In this document: piece after piece, positions 1 to 8,109 of the stretch
How the letters are laid out: every line of letters begins with the position of its first letter
Numbering within the stretch: position 1 is the stretch's first letter
From: an uncultured bacterium
GTDB lineage: Bacteria > Fidelibacterota > Marinisomatia > Marinisomatales > UBA1611
Reading direction: 5' to 3'
DNA length: 64,000 nt
Assembly: GCA_943788175.1 (NCBI GenBank)
Contig: CALSPG010000005.1
Span: 326,211 to 390,210 of the forward strand
Position numbers and translations under genes: made by a program
Notes under the pieces: generated by a model
Told to the model about the DNA's origin: nothing
What the model saw: only the letters and a program-made list of their open reading frames with translations
Databases searched by the model: none

Positions 1-1
1 T

Positions 2-187
2 ACCGCTGCTCATAGGGCTGGTATTAAAGAGGTCATATTACCTTACTTAAATCAAAAAGACATTGAAGATGTACCTGAAAACGTATCTAAAGATATTAAA
101 TTTCATTTTGCGAAAGAAATCTGGGATGTTTTAAAGGTCGCATTGCCAAAGATTGCAAAGAACAGGAAAAATACTAAAGCTAAATAG
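2..187 (+). CDS. lon: Lon protease, C-terminal fragment (5' end lies outside the window)
   Basis: Frame 2 translates to TAAHRAGIKEVILPYLNQKDIEDVPENVSKDIKFHFAKEIWDVLKVAL...*. This resembles the end of the Lon proteolytic domain (AAHRAGIK.VI.P..N..D...P). The stop is TAG at 185-187. Confidence 0.6.
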   Translation, partial: TAAHRAGIKEVILPYLNQKDIEDVPENVSKDIKFHFAKEIWDVLKVALPKIAKNRKNTKAK

Positions 188-218
188 AGTAATATTTCTT
201 AATATTATCGTACATATT

Positions 219-292
219 GGGCGTTTAGCTCAGCTGGTCAGAGCGCTGCCCTTACAAGGCAGATGTCGGGAGTTCGAATCTCTCAACGCCCA
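219..292 (+). tRNA. tRNA-Val (anticodon TAC), complete
   Basis: Acceptor stem GGGCGTT/AACGCCC. D-arm AGCTCAGCTGGTCAGAGC. Anticodon stem CTGCC/GGCAG with loop CTTACAA. T-arm GGGAGTTCGAATCTCTC. Discriminator A. CCA is not encoded. Confidence 0.9.
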
Positions 293-478
293 CTTCTCAG
301 AAACCCTCGTTTATTGACGGGGGTTTTTGTTTTTATATAAGTCTGTCAAAGTTATCATTCCTTATCATTGTATGACATTTATAATAATTGGACACATATT
401 TGGAGGACACAACCTAATTCAATTCTTATCTCAACCAAAGTAGGGGGGCATACCCCGTTTGATAGGGGGGGTAGGTAT
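241..478 (+). repeat. Left direct repeat (attL-like): 3' 52 nt of tRNA-Val plus about 185 bp downstream
   Basis: Manual alignment with 10207-10440 gives about 6 mismatches over the first ~147 nt. A more divergent ~40-nt patch with small indels follows, and then a conserved block (cctaattcaatt...aaccaaagtaggggggcataccccgtttgatagg...gtaggtat). Confidence 0.8.
301..334 (+). terminator. Rho-independent terminator after tRNA-Val (lies inside the left direct repeat)
   Basis: Stem CCCTCG (304-309) pairs with CGGGGG (318-323) with one G-U pair, followed by a T-run at 324-334. The same structure recurs at about 10268-10300. Confidence 0.6.
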
Positions 479-529
479 GTGTATATAAGACGCTCACACA
501 TTGAAGGGTAATTTTTTGTAGGTTTAGAT

Positions 530-682
530 ATGGAAATAATTAAGAAATTCTTTGATGGTATTGCTAAGTTTAATTTGAGGAAGTTGAAAGATGCTTTTCC
601 ATCAATAGCAGATAAGATTGATGTAAGACTAACTCCACCCGATGATGATGCATATTTTACTAACCTTTTAAAGGTCATATAA
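530..682 (+). pseudogene. Relic of the 3' end of a second tyrosine integrase
   Basis: It translates to ...AKFNLRKLKDAFPSIADKIDVRLTPPDDDAYFTNLLKVI*. This parallels the C-terminus of the island integrase (YAKFNLRKLRDDFPSLKERINLRLTPPSEDSYFTTLLNAI*). No upstream integrase body is present. Confidence 0.6.
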
Positions 683-860
683 GGAATCCTTTTTACTACA
701 TACTCGGTTTTAAAGAGGGGACGTACTTACCCATATGATAGTTAAGTGATTGGGTATTTATATAACCAAAATATTCTACAAATTTAATTCTATCAATATT
801 AAGTTTTCCCTCTGTTTAAACCTTTTTAATTAACATACCTATCATAAATATTTTTAGAAA

Positions 861-1780
861 ATGAATGAAGACATTAAACTTGCTATAAAAATTCGTTCCA
901 TTGAGGAAAATTTTCTTGAAATGTTTTCCGAGGGTTTATTAAATGGTACAGTTCATACATGCATAGGACAAGAGCTGTCAGGCGTAGGGATATCAAAATT
1001 TTTAAATAGAGACGATTTTGTTTTTAGTAACCATAGGTGCCATGGTCATTATATTTCATTTACTAAAAAATATAAAAACTTAATAGATGAACTAATGGGG
1101 AAAGAATCTGGAGTATGTGGTGGCATTGGTGGTAGTCAGCATATAGCGAGTGATAATTTCTTTTCTAATGGGCCTCAGGGGTCTTTGGCACCTGTTGCAG
1201 TTGGCGTAGCTGAAGGTTTAAAACGCAAAAAAAATAACTCTGTTTCTGTTTGCTTCATCGGTGATGGCACAATGGGTGAAGGTATAATCTATGAATCTAT
1301 GAACTTGATGTCCCTTTATGAATTGCCGATGATTTTGGTATGCGAAAATAACATGTATGCACAATCAACTAGTATAAAAAGTAATTTATCGGGCGATATC
1401 AATTTAAGAGCATCTTCATTTGGAATAAAAGTTTATGAACTTAATACTTGGGATTATGAGGGTCTAATAAAATCCTCTCAAGAGGCAATATCAAACGCAA
1501 GAAAAAATATCCCATCTTTCATTCATATTAATACTTACAGGTTAAAGGCTCATTCAAAAGGAGATGATAACAGAGATGGAAATGAAATTAAAGAATTCGA
1601 AAAAAAGATTTAATAAATAATTTTATCTTAAACAATGATGAATACGCTAAATATTATAAAGAAATAAAAGATAAAATTAGAGCTTATTCTAATTCAGTTA
1701 GTGAAAATTCTCAAATGGACAAAAATAAATATGTGGACGGTGAGAAGCTTAAACTATATAAAAAAATATTCATTATGTGA
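861..1780 (+). CDS. TPP-dependent 2-oxoacid dehydrogenase E1 component, alpha subunit (apparent frameshift in the A7 run at 1600-1606)
   Basis: TPP-binding motif GDGTMGEGIIYESMNLMSLYELPMILVCENN, plus HTCIGQE and GGIGGSQH. After the A7 run, the +2 frame continues with an E1-alpha-like C-terminus (KKDLINNFILNNDEYAKYYKEIKDKIRAYSNSV...) to the TGA at 1778-1780. Confidence 0.8.
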
Positions 1781-2783
1781 TGTGAGAATTGAAAAAAAGC
1801 AATCAGATTTAATTAATAATTATTTTCATGAAAGCATAAATGATGATAAAAATATTTTATTGATTGGTGAAGATATTAAAGATCCTTATGGCGGAGCTTT
1901 TAAAATAACAAAAGGGTTATCTGATAGATATAATGAAAATGTTATTTCCACCCCTATTTCTGAAGCTGCAATAGTAGGCATGGGTATTGGACTATCCATT
2001 CTAGGCTTTAAGCCTTACGTAGAAATCATGTTTGGAGACTTTATCACATATGCGTTTGATCAAATAGTTTCTAATGCTTCTAAGTTTTATCATATGTACA
2101 ATAAAAAGTACAATGTCCCTCTAGTTATAAGGACTCCCATGGGTGGAAATAGAGGCTATGGGCCAACACATTCACAAAGTATTGAAAAATTCTTCATTGG
2201 CGTAAATAACATTCAAATAGTCGCGCTTAATACATTATTGAAGCCAAAAGAAATATATGAATCAATTAAAAATTTTAAACATCTTACACTTTTAATCGAA
2301 AATAAAGTTGATTATGGAAGATTAATCAATTATTCGCCTAAATCTATTAATTATGAATTCAAAAAATCCGACTCTGATTATCCGATAATTACTGGAGAGC
2401 CTGTCAGTGCTAAAGCAAAAATAAGTGTTATTACTTATGGTGGTTCTATCCATCCTGTATTAGAAAGCATAGACGATATATTTTTTGAGTTTGAAGAATT
2501 TATTAAAGTAATTGTAATTACTAAACTGTATCCACTCGACATGGAAGAATTATCATTACTAACAAAGGATTCTTATTTTATAATTACGGTAGAAGAGAGT
2601 AATATTGAAGGTGGGTTTGGTTCAGAAATAATCTCTGGTCTTTCAGAAATAGAAAATGAAAAACAAAAAAAATACTTAAGGATTGGTTCGGAAAATGTAC
2701 CTATACCATCAACAAAAAAACTTGAAAGTGAGATTTTAGTTTCTAAAGATTTAATTGTCCGAAAAATGAAAGAAATGTTATGA
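1731..2783 (+). CDS. 2-oxoacid dehydrogenase E1 component, beta subunit
   Basis: LLIGEDIKDPYGGAFKITKGL, TPISEAAIVGMGIGLSILGFKPYVEIMFGDF and RGYGPTHSQS are typical of the transketolase-like pyrimidine-binding and C-terminal domains. The ATG at 1731 is preferred over the GTG at 1701. The stop overlaps the E2 start (ATGA). Confidence 0.85.
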   Translation: MWTVRSLNYIKKYSLCDVRIEKKQSDLINNYFHESINDDKNILLIGEDIKDPYGGAFKITKGLSDRYNENVISTPISEAAIVGMGIGLSILGFKPYVEIMFGDFITYAFDQIVSNASKFYHMYNKKYNVPLVIRTPMGGNRGYGPTHSQSIEKFFIGVNNIQIVALNTLLKPKEIYESIKNFKHLTLLIENKVDYGRLINYSPKSINYEFKKSDSDYPIITGEPVSAKAKISVITYGGSIHPVLESIDDIFFEFEEFIKVIVITKLYPLDMEELSLLTKDSYFIITVEESNIEGGFGSEIISGLSEIENEKQKKYLRIGSENVPIPSTKKLESEILVSKDLIVRKMKEML

Positions 2784-3979
2784 GCGTAATTGAAACTTTG
2801 AAAATCCCTCAAGATAATGTAAACGATAATGATGTGACTATATCAAGCATTTTCATTGAAAAGAATGATTATGTTGATGTAAATACTCTTGTTTTAGATT
2901 ATGAGACATCAAAAGCAAATTTTGAATTATTTATTACAAAGTCAGGCTATGTGCAGCTTAATTGCAAAGAGGGGGAGATTGTTAAAATTGGACAAACTAT
3001 TGGTATTGTTTCAGATGACAAAGATTACGTCCATCAATTTGAAGAAAATATAAATGAGAAAGAATTTTCTAAACAAACATTCAGCAAAAAAGCAGAAATT
3101 TTAATTAATGAAATGTCAATTGATAAGAGTGTCTTTAAGTATGAACAATTTGTCACTGAGGAAATTGTTAGAAATTTTTTAAATGATTCAAATGACATTA
3201 TACCAAGTGGTGACATAATTAAAATTTCTCCACGAAAATATTTTGAGATAAAAAACTTAACTAATGTTAGTAGGAACGGGCTCGTTTCTACAATTGAAAA
3301 AACAATCAATAGTTCTATAGTTGATACGGACTCAATTTATGAAAAAAATGAGTTTAAAGGGTCATTATCTATTTTGCTCATTAAAGTAATATCAGACTTA
3401 CTTAAAATAGAAAAATATAAACATTTAAATAGTTATTGCGACGGGGAAAATATCTATATTAATAATGATGTAAATTTTGGTCTAGCGCTCAATTTAGGTT
3501 CTGGTCTAAAAATAGGAGTTATAAAAAAATCTAATTCTTTATCAATTAATGAAATAGAATCAAAAACAATACAGTTAATAGATAAATACATTGATGATAA
3601 ACTTCAAAAAGAAGATATTGAGGATTTTTCAATTGTATTGACTGATTTAACAGAAAAAGAGATTGATAACTTTACACCTCTCATTACTTCTTCAAATACA
3701 ATAATGATTGGTTTATGTGGAGTAAAAGGTTCAACCCAAAGATTAATAATCTCATTTGATCACAGAGTTTCAGATGGATTAGAAATTGCAAATTTTATGA
3801 ATGATATTATATCAACTTTAAAAAATGAATATCCCAATTTTATTGATGAAAATAGTTGTTCATCGTGTTTAAAAACTATTGAAGAAGATAAAGAGCTTGA
3901 TACTCCGGGTCTAATAAGAATACTAGGTCATGATAAAACATTAAAATTCATTTGTAGAAATTGTTTAGAAGGATTTTAA
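2780..3979 (+). CDS. Dihydrolipoamide acyltransferase (E2)-like protein: lipoyl domain, E3/E1-binding-like segment, catalytic domain and a C-terminal CxxC...CxxC tail
   Basis: Lipoyl-lysine context LDYETSKANFEL (K45). PSBD-like segment FSKKAEILINEMSIDKSVFKYEQFVTEEIVRNFL. Catalytic motif ISFDHRVSDGLEIANF (DHRxxDG). Tail CSSC-x28-CRNC at 3857-3979. Confidence 0.85.
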   Translation: MSVIETLKIPQDNVNDNDVTISSIFIEKNDYVDVNTLVLDYETSKANFELFITKSGYVQLNCKEGEIVKIGQTIGIVSDDKDYVHQFEENINEKEFSKQTFSKKAEILINEMSIDKSVFKYEQFVTEEIVRNFLNDSNDIIPSGDIIKISPRKYFEIKNLTNVSRNGLVSTIEKTINSSIVDTDSIYEKNEFKGSLSILLIKVISDLLKIEKYKHLNSYCDGENIYINNDVNFGLALNLGSGLKIGVIKKSNSLSINEIESKTIQLIDKYIDDKLQKEDIEDFSIVLTDLTEKEIDNFTPLITSSNTIMIGLCGVKGSTQRLIISFDHRVSDGLEIANFMNDIISTLKNEYPNFIDENSCSSCLKTIEEDKELDTPGLIRILGHDKTLKFICRNCLEGF

Positions 3980-3981
3980 AC

Positions 3982-4203
3982 ATGAGCGATCTAATAATAA
4001 AAAAAATAGTTTCAGTATTTCTTAAAACTAAACCGAATAAAATTACAAATGATACCATAATTGACACCTCGGTAATACAGGGGAGTGTGTTGTTTCATAG
4101 AATGATTGCACGTATAAATGATTATTGTAATATTGAAATTGAAAATTATGATAAAATTCATACTTTCCAAGATTTATTAGATCAAATTAAATTAAAGCAA
4201 TGA
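3982..4203 (+). CDS. Small acyl/peptidyl carrier protein-like protein (73 aa)
   Basis: MSDLIIKKIVSVFLKTKPNKITNDTIIDTSVIQGSVLFHRMIARINDYCNIEIENYDKIHTFQDLLDQI has the size and helix pattern of a carrier protein. The candidate phosphopantetheine-attachment Ser is in the GS motif, followed by an amphipathic helix and an I-E-I turn. The ATG at 3982 lies 3 nt after the E2 stop. Confidence 0.6.
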   Translation: MSDLIIKKIVSVFLKTKPNKITNDTIIDTSVIQGSVLFHRMIARINDYCNIEIENYDKIHTFQDLLDQIKLKQ

Positions 4204-4207
4204 GTTT

Positions 4208-4528
4208 TTGTTAAGATTTGGTGTTGATATTATTGAAATTGATTCATTCCCATCTTTTATTAAAGGTAAGGATGATTCTTTCTTTTTGTATAATTATACA
4301 AAAAGCGAAATAGAATTTGCTAAAAACAAACTCAACCCGGATATTGAGTTTGTTAAAATGTTTTCAATTAAAGAGTCTCTTGTCAAGTCAGACAATTTAT
4401 TAGTAGGAAAGAATTTTAATAAAATAGAATTGTCATTTGTTGGGGATTGTTATATTTATAATGATTACAAGATAACTACATCAACTGCGAACAATAATTG
4501 CATATCATTTGTTTTAAGCACTACGTAA
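4208..4528 (+). CDS. AcpS-type 4'-phosphopantetheinyl transferase (106 aa, TTG start)
   Basis: N-terminus (M)LRFGVDIIEIDSF matches the AcpS G.D.vEi motif. YTKSEIEF and FSIKESLVKS match the AcpS FaaKEA..Ka motif. Confidence 0.65.
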   Translation: MLRFGVDIIEIDSFPSFIKGKDDSFFLYNYTKSEIEFAKNKLNPDIEFVKMFSIKESLVKSDNLLVGKNFNKIELSFVGDCYIYNDYKITTSTANNNCISFVLSTT

Positions 4529-4595
4529 TCTTTTGTAGGCATAATAATTGGTTTAATGTTATGGAGGTGTAAGTAGGGTATGCTTTAAAACGGAG

Positions 4596-4611
4596 GATGA
4601 ACAGATGAACA
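4596..4611 (+). repeat. Tandem octamer GATGAACA x2 (candidate iteron)
   Basis: Perfect direct repeat gatgaaca|gatgaaca in the 135-nt non-coding gap between the cargo operon and the 299-aa gene. The same octamer recurs at 8025-8074. Confidence 0.4.
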
Positions 4612-4663
4612 CTTATTACATATACTACCTACACTATTGAGATGTATGGATTTATATATAAAC

Positions 4664-5563
4664 CTAATTAAGGAGTTCGGGGTAGTCATCAATATCATCT
4701 AAACTATCACTTAAATATTTGGCATCATCGTTACGAAGTAAGTGAGGTGCATATAGAACTAATAGATTAAGAATAGTTTTATCAGTACATCCATAGTGTT
4801 CAGATAATTTCTTCTTATTGATGTTTCCATTCTTTTTAAATCTGATCGAGTCTACAACCTTTTCTAATCTTCCACTTTCTAAGTCTTCTTGAAATGCAAC
4901 TTCGTATCTTTTATTTTTGTATTTCTTTTTTAACTCACGCTCTTTTAATAAGGCTTGTGTTGTTACCCTTAATTGATTTTCTAAAACACTTGCAGAAGTA
5001 TGTACCACGGGTTTTTCTGTTTCAGATAAATTTGGTAAAGTATTTGCATCAAGTAAGGTAGGGGCAAAGTCTATCATAACACCCTTTACTTGAAACCAAT
5101 TTTCAAATTCTAATTTAGGTTTATAAAGAATATGTTCATCAGATATGAACTTGCTTCTGCCGTCATTAAAACTTTTAGGTAACATATTAATTATCCAAGT
5201 GTATATCATTTTATTAAAGGCTATACAAAAGTTCTTATTATCAAGATTCAAACCTTTGATGTAAGAATATTGATTATCAAGAGTAACTTGATGAACTAAT
5301 TTTTCTCCTTGCTTATATTTCCAAGTAGTTGGCTGATTGAAATAAACATTAAAAGAATACAATGGGAACTCATATTCTTCACCATAACCCCATTTCTGAT
5401 AATTCGCTTCGATACCTAATTCATTTTGTTGCTCATTATAGAACTGATTGAAGTCTTGAATCTTTTTATTGATTCTTGTTAAAACTCTTAATCTGTCTTT
5501 CTCATCTCCCCTTATCCATTCATCGGTATAGGGTTTTGTTATCTCTCCTATCAGTAAACTCAA
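4664..5563 (-). CDS. Hypothetical protein (299 aa, TTG start), island-borne
   Basis: Long ORF with a 4-nt overlap (TTGA) with the upstream small ORF. The C-terminal part (KKKLSEHYGCTDKTILNLLVLYAP) looks HTH-like. I do not recognise a family. Confidence 0.5.
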   Translation of the reverse strand: MSLLIGEITKPYTDEWIRGDEKDRLRVLTRINKKIQDFNQFYNEQQNELGIEANYQKWGYGEEYEFPLYSFNVYFNQPTTWKYKQGEKLVHQVTLDNQYSYIKGLNLDNKNFCIAFNKMIYTWIINMLPKSFNDGRSKFISDEHILYKPKLEFENWFQVKGVMIDFAPTLLDANTLPNLSETEKPVVHTSASVLENQLRVTTQALLKERELKKKYKNKRYEVAFQEDLESGRLEKVVDSIRFKKNGNINKKKLSEHYGCTDKTILNLLVLYAPHLLRNDDAKYLSDSLDDIDDYPELLN

Positions 5564-5826
5564 CCTTGTTTGTTATATACCCCACCCCAAGCAAAATTAA
5601 TAGGGAGTAGTTCTTTTAGTTTATCATTATCGATATAATCTGAATTAATCTTATTAGCCTCACACATTTTGTAGATCATTTCTATCAATCCTATTTGTTC
5701 ATAGGCATCTTGTAATGTAGGTGTTTTCTTTTCTTCCATATTTCTTTTTTCGGAGTAATTCCGAAATAATTCGGATTTCGGATGGCGCGAATTTATGATG
5801 TAATAGGGTATGGCACAACTAATCAA
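5560..5826 (-). CDS. Small hypothetical protein (88 aa as drawn; possibly 59 aa from the ATG at 5739)
   Basis: ORF translationally coupled to the 299-aa gene and divergent from the excisionase-like gene. No recognisable motif. Confidence 0.35.
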   Translation of the reverse strand: MISCAIPYYIINSRHPKSELFRNYSEKRNMEEKKTPTLQDAYEQIGLIEMIYKMCEANKINSDYIDNDKLKELLPINFAWGGVYNKQG

Positions 5827-5856
5827 GGTTGGTCATAAACCAATAGGAAATGAATA

Positions 5857-6075
5857 ATGGAAATAAGAATAGTTGAATTATTAAATGAAATAAGAACTCT
5901 AATACTTGGCAAGGTAAATGAGAGATGGTTGAATCTCAGAGATGTATCTGAATACACATCTGTTTCAGAAAGTACAATTCGTAGGGCAATCAAAAAAGGT
6001 GTCCTTAAATCATCAAACAAAACGGGAAGATTACTTTTTAAAGTATCTGATGTTGATAGGTGGCTGAACTCATAA
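5857..6075 (+). CDS. Excisionase/AlpA-type helix-turn-helix DNA-binding protein
   Basis: WLNLRDVSEYTSVSESTIRRAIKKGVLKSSNKTGRLLFKVSDVDRWL fits the excisionase-family HTH pattern. Its stop overlaps the primase ATG (TAATG). Confidence 0.7.
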   Translation: MEIRIVELLNEIRTLILGKVNERWLNLRDVSEYTSVSESTIRRAIKKGVLKSSNKTGRLLFKVSDVDRWLNS

Positions 6076-7996
6076 TGGATTACACCCATATCTTTGAAAG
6101 AGACTTCAAATAGAAGTTAATAAGCGAAGTGGGATTCAATGGCAAGGTAGATGTCCATTACCAAGCCACGAAGATAGAAAAGCATCCTTTTCTTGGAATA
6201 TAGATAACGGACTATGGAAATGTCACGGGTGCTTTGAATCGGGGAATGCTTATCAATTAGCAGAAATATTAGGTATAGCAAACCCATCCCAATATATAGA
6301 AAAAGAAACGGGGGGATATAGGAACAACCCCCCTCCAATACAGAAAGTTAATGTAATGAGTAGTGAAGAACTCGATGCACTTAAAAAAAAGTATCACTCA
6401 AATCTAACTGAACAAGATACCACATTTACCAATCCATATACAATACACGGAAGACGGGATGATGGGAATTTAGTTTTCTTTCTACCCGATGCAATTAAGC
6501 ATCACAAGTCTCAACCATATTGGGAGGGCAACAATAAGAAGTGTCAAATATTTGGTAGTGAATATCTTGCTGAGATAGATGCGAATGATACTCTATACAT
6601 ATTCGAGGGAGAAAAAGAAGTATGTTACTCTCCATACAAGGGAATCAGTTTCACGGCTGGTGCTGGAAATGTTCCCGAAGACTTATCTCAATTATACGCC
6701 TATAAAGATATTTGCATCATTCCCGATAATGATGATGCTGGATATAAGGGTGCTGATAAATGGGCAAAGGTCTGTTCAAGTAAATGGGGTGCATCCGTAA
6801 GGATTGCACAATGGGATGAGACACTCCCAAAAGGTTACGATGTGTATGATGATTATGTCCGTTCAACAAATGGAGATGAAGATTACATATTTGATGAAAC
6901 CGATAAGGCAATCAGCAAAGCAATCCCCTTTAAAGAAAATAACCACAAAACTGAAATTGGAGGTTTCAATACAATGGCAATAAACAACTACATACAAACA
7001 TATCAAGATGAAGAAGTAAGTCATATCATAGATGGATTATTAGTTAAAGGAGGTGTGACAATCCTTGCTGGTTCTGATGGAGTTGGTAAGTCTTGGTTAG
7101 GTTTACAAATGGGATTCTGTATCTCAAATGGAAATGAGTTCTTAGGTTGGGAAACAAAGAAGATGCCCGTTCTGCTTATTCAATTTGAATTAGGTACGGC
7201 TCAACTGAAAGATAGATTACAGATACTATCTAAATCCTATGATATGAATACTGATTTCAATGTGGTAGACCTATCAGATGAAGACCTCATCTTTACAGAT
7301 GCTTGGGATAAGATAGAACAGACTATTGATAATCAATCTTTTACGGATGGAGTTATCATTGTAGATAATCTATATGCAAGTACTGATAAGGATGTATCTC
7401 AAAATCACGAACTCAAACCTATCTTAAAAAAGATAAGAAAGTTGTGTGTGGAGTATGACAATGCTTTTGTCTTGATTGCTCATCACAATAAGAACGAAAA
7501 AGATGATGAGCCGATCCTGACAAAAAAACTGATAACGGGAGGGAAGACACTTACAAATTTCCCCAACAATGTTATTCAAGTTGGCAGTAGCAGTTTAGGT
7601 AATGACATCTTTAGAGGCAAGATTACAAAGATAAGAGATAAAGGTAGTGATTTAATAAACATTCCTTTTATCCTCAACTTTGACCAAGACACTTGTGTTT
7701 TTTCAAGGGGTGTAATCATTGTATCTGAGATACTTCATTGCCAACCCATTAAAAAGAGATGGGAATATGAATTGCTTATAGACTTCCTTGCCTATCAATC
7801 TAATGAGGCGTTTACTCGTTCAAGGTTATGGCAATTCCTATCTACAAAAGACGGATGGGAAAAGACTCCATCAAATCAAACTAAGGTTACAAGGTTTCTA
7901 AGTAGAATGAAAACTTGGGGATTCATTATAGAGCGTGAATACAATCTGTATGAATTAAGCCTTGAAGATATAAGGAGGCTGGAAGAAGAAAGATGA
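6075..7996 (+). CDS. Bifunctional primase-helicase (CHC2 zinc finger, TOPRIM and RecA/DnaB-like P-loop), with an apparent -1 frameshift near 6098-6111
   Basis: MDYTHIFERDFK* in one frame. The next frame continues (no start codon) with ...GRCPLPSHEDRKASFSW...WKCHGCFESGNAY (CHC2 finger), in frame with the 546-aa ORF. TOPRIM motifs are YIFEGEKEV and IIPDNDDAGYKGADKW. Walker A is GSDGVGKSW, Walker B is VIIVDNL, and LIAHHNKN is also present. Confidence 0.8.
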
Positions 7997-8024
7997 TTTA
8001 CGGGGGGTGAATATAGTGTTTAAG

Positions 8025-8074
8025 TGTTCATCTTAGGTGCTTATGTATTCCCCTCTCAAATGAACAGATAAACA
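8025..8074. repeat. GATGAACA-type octamers (one inverted, two direct degenerate copies)
   Basis: tgttcatc at 8025-8032 is the reverse complement of gatgaaca. aatgaaca (8059-8066) and gataaaca (8067-8074) are in tandem. The block lies just downstream of the primase-helicase stop. Confidence 0.4.
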
Positions 8075-8109
8075 GACTTAACCATACATAGCAAGAGGAT
8101 TTAAAGATA

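Noticed and set aside
379-678. 99-aa ORF on the minus strand near the left end of the island
   Set aside because: It runs antisense across the conserved direct repeat and the integrase C-terminal relic. The plus-strand reading has clear homology to the island integrase C-terminus, so the minus-strand ORF is most likely spurious.
6117-6338. 73-aa minus-strand ORF upstream of the 546-aa primase ORF
   Set aside because: The plus strand here encodes a textbook CHC2 primase zinc finger (CPLPSHEDRKASFSW...WKCHGC) in frame with the downstream ORF, so the antisense ORF is spurious.
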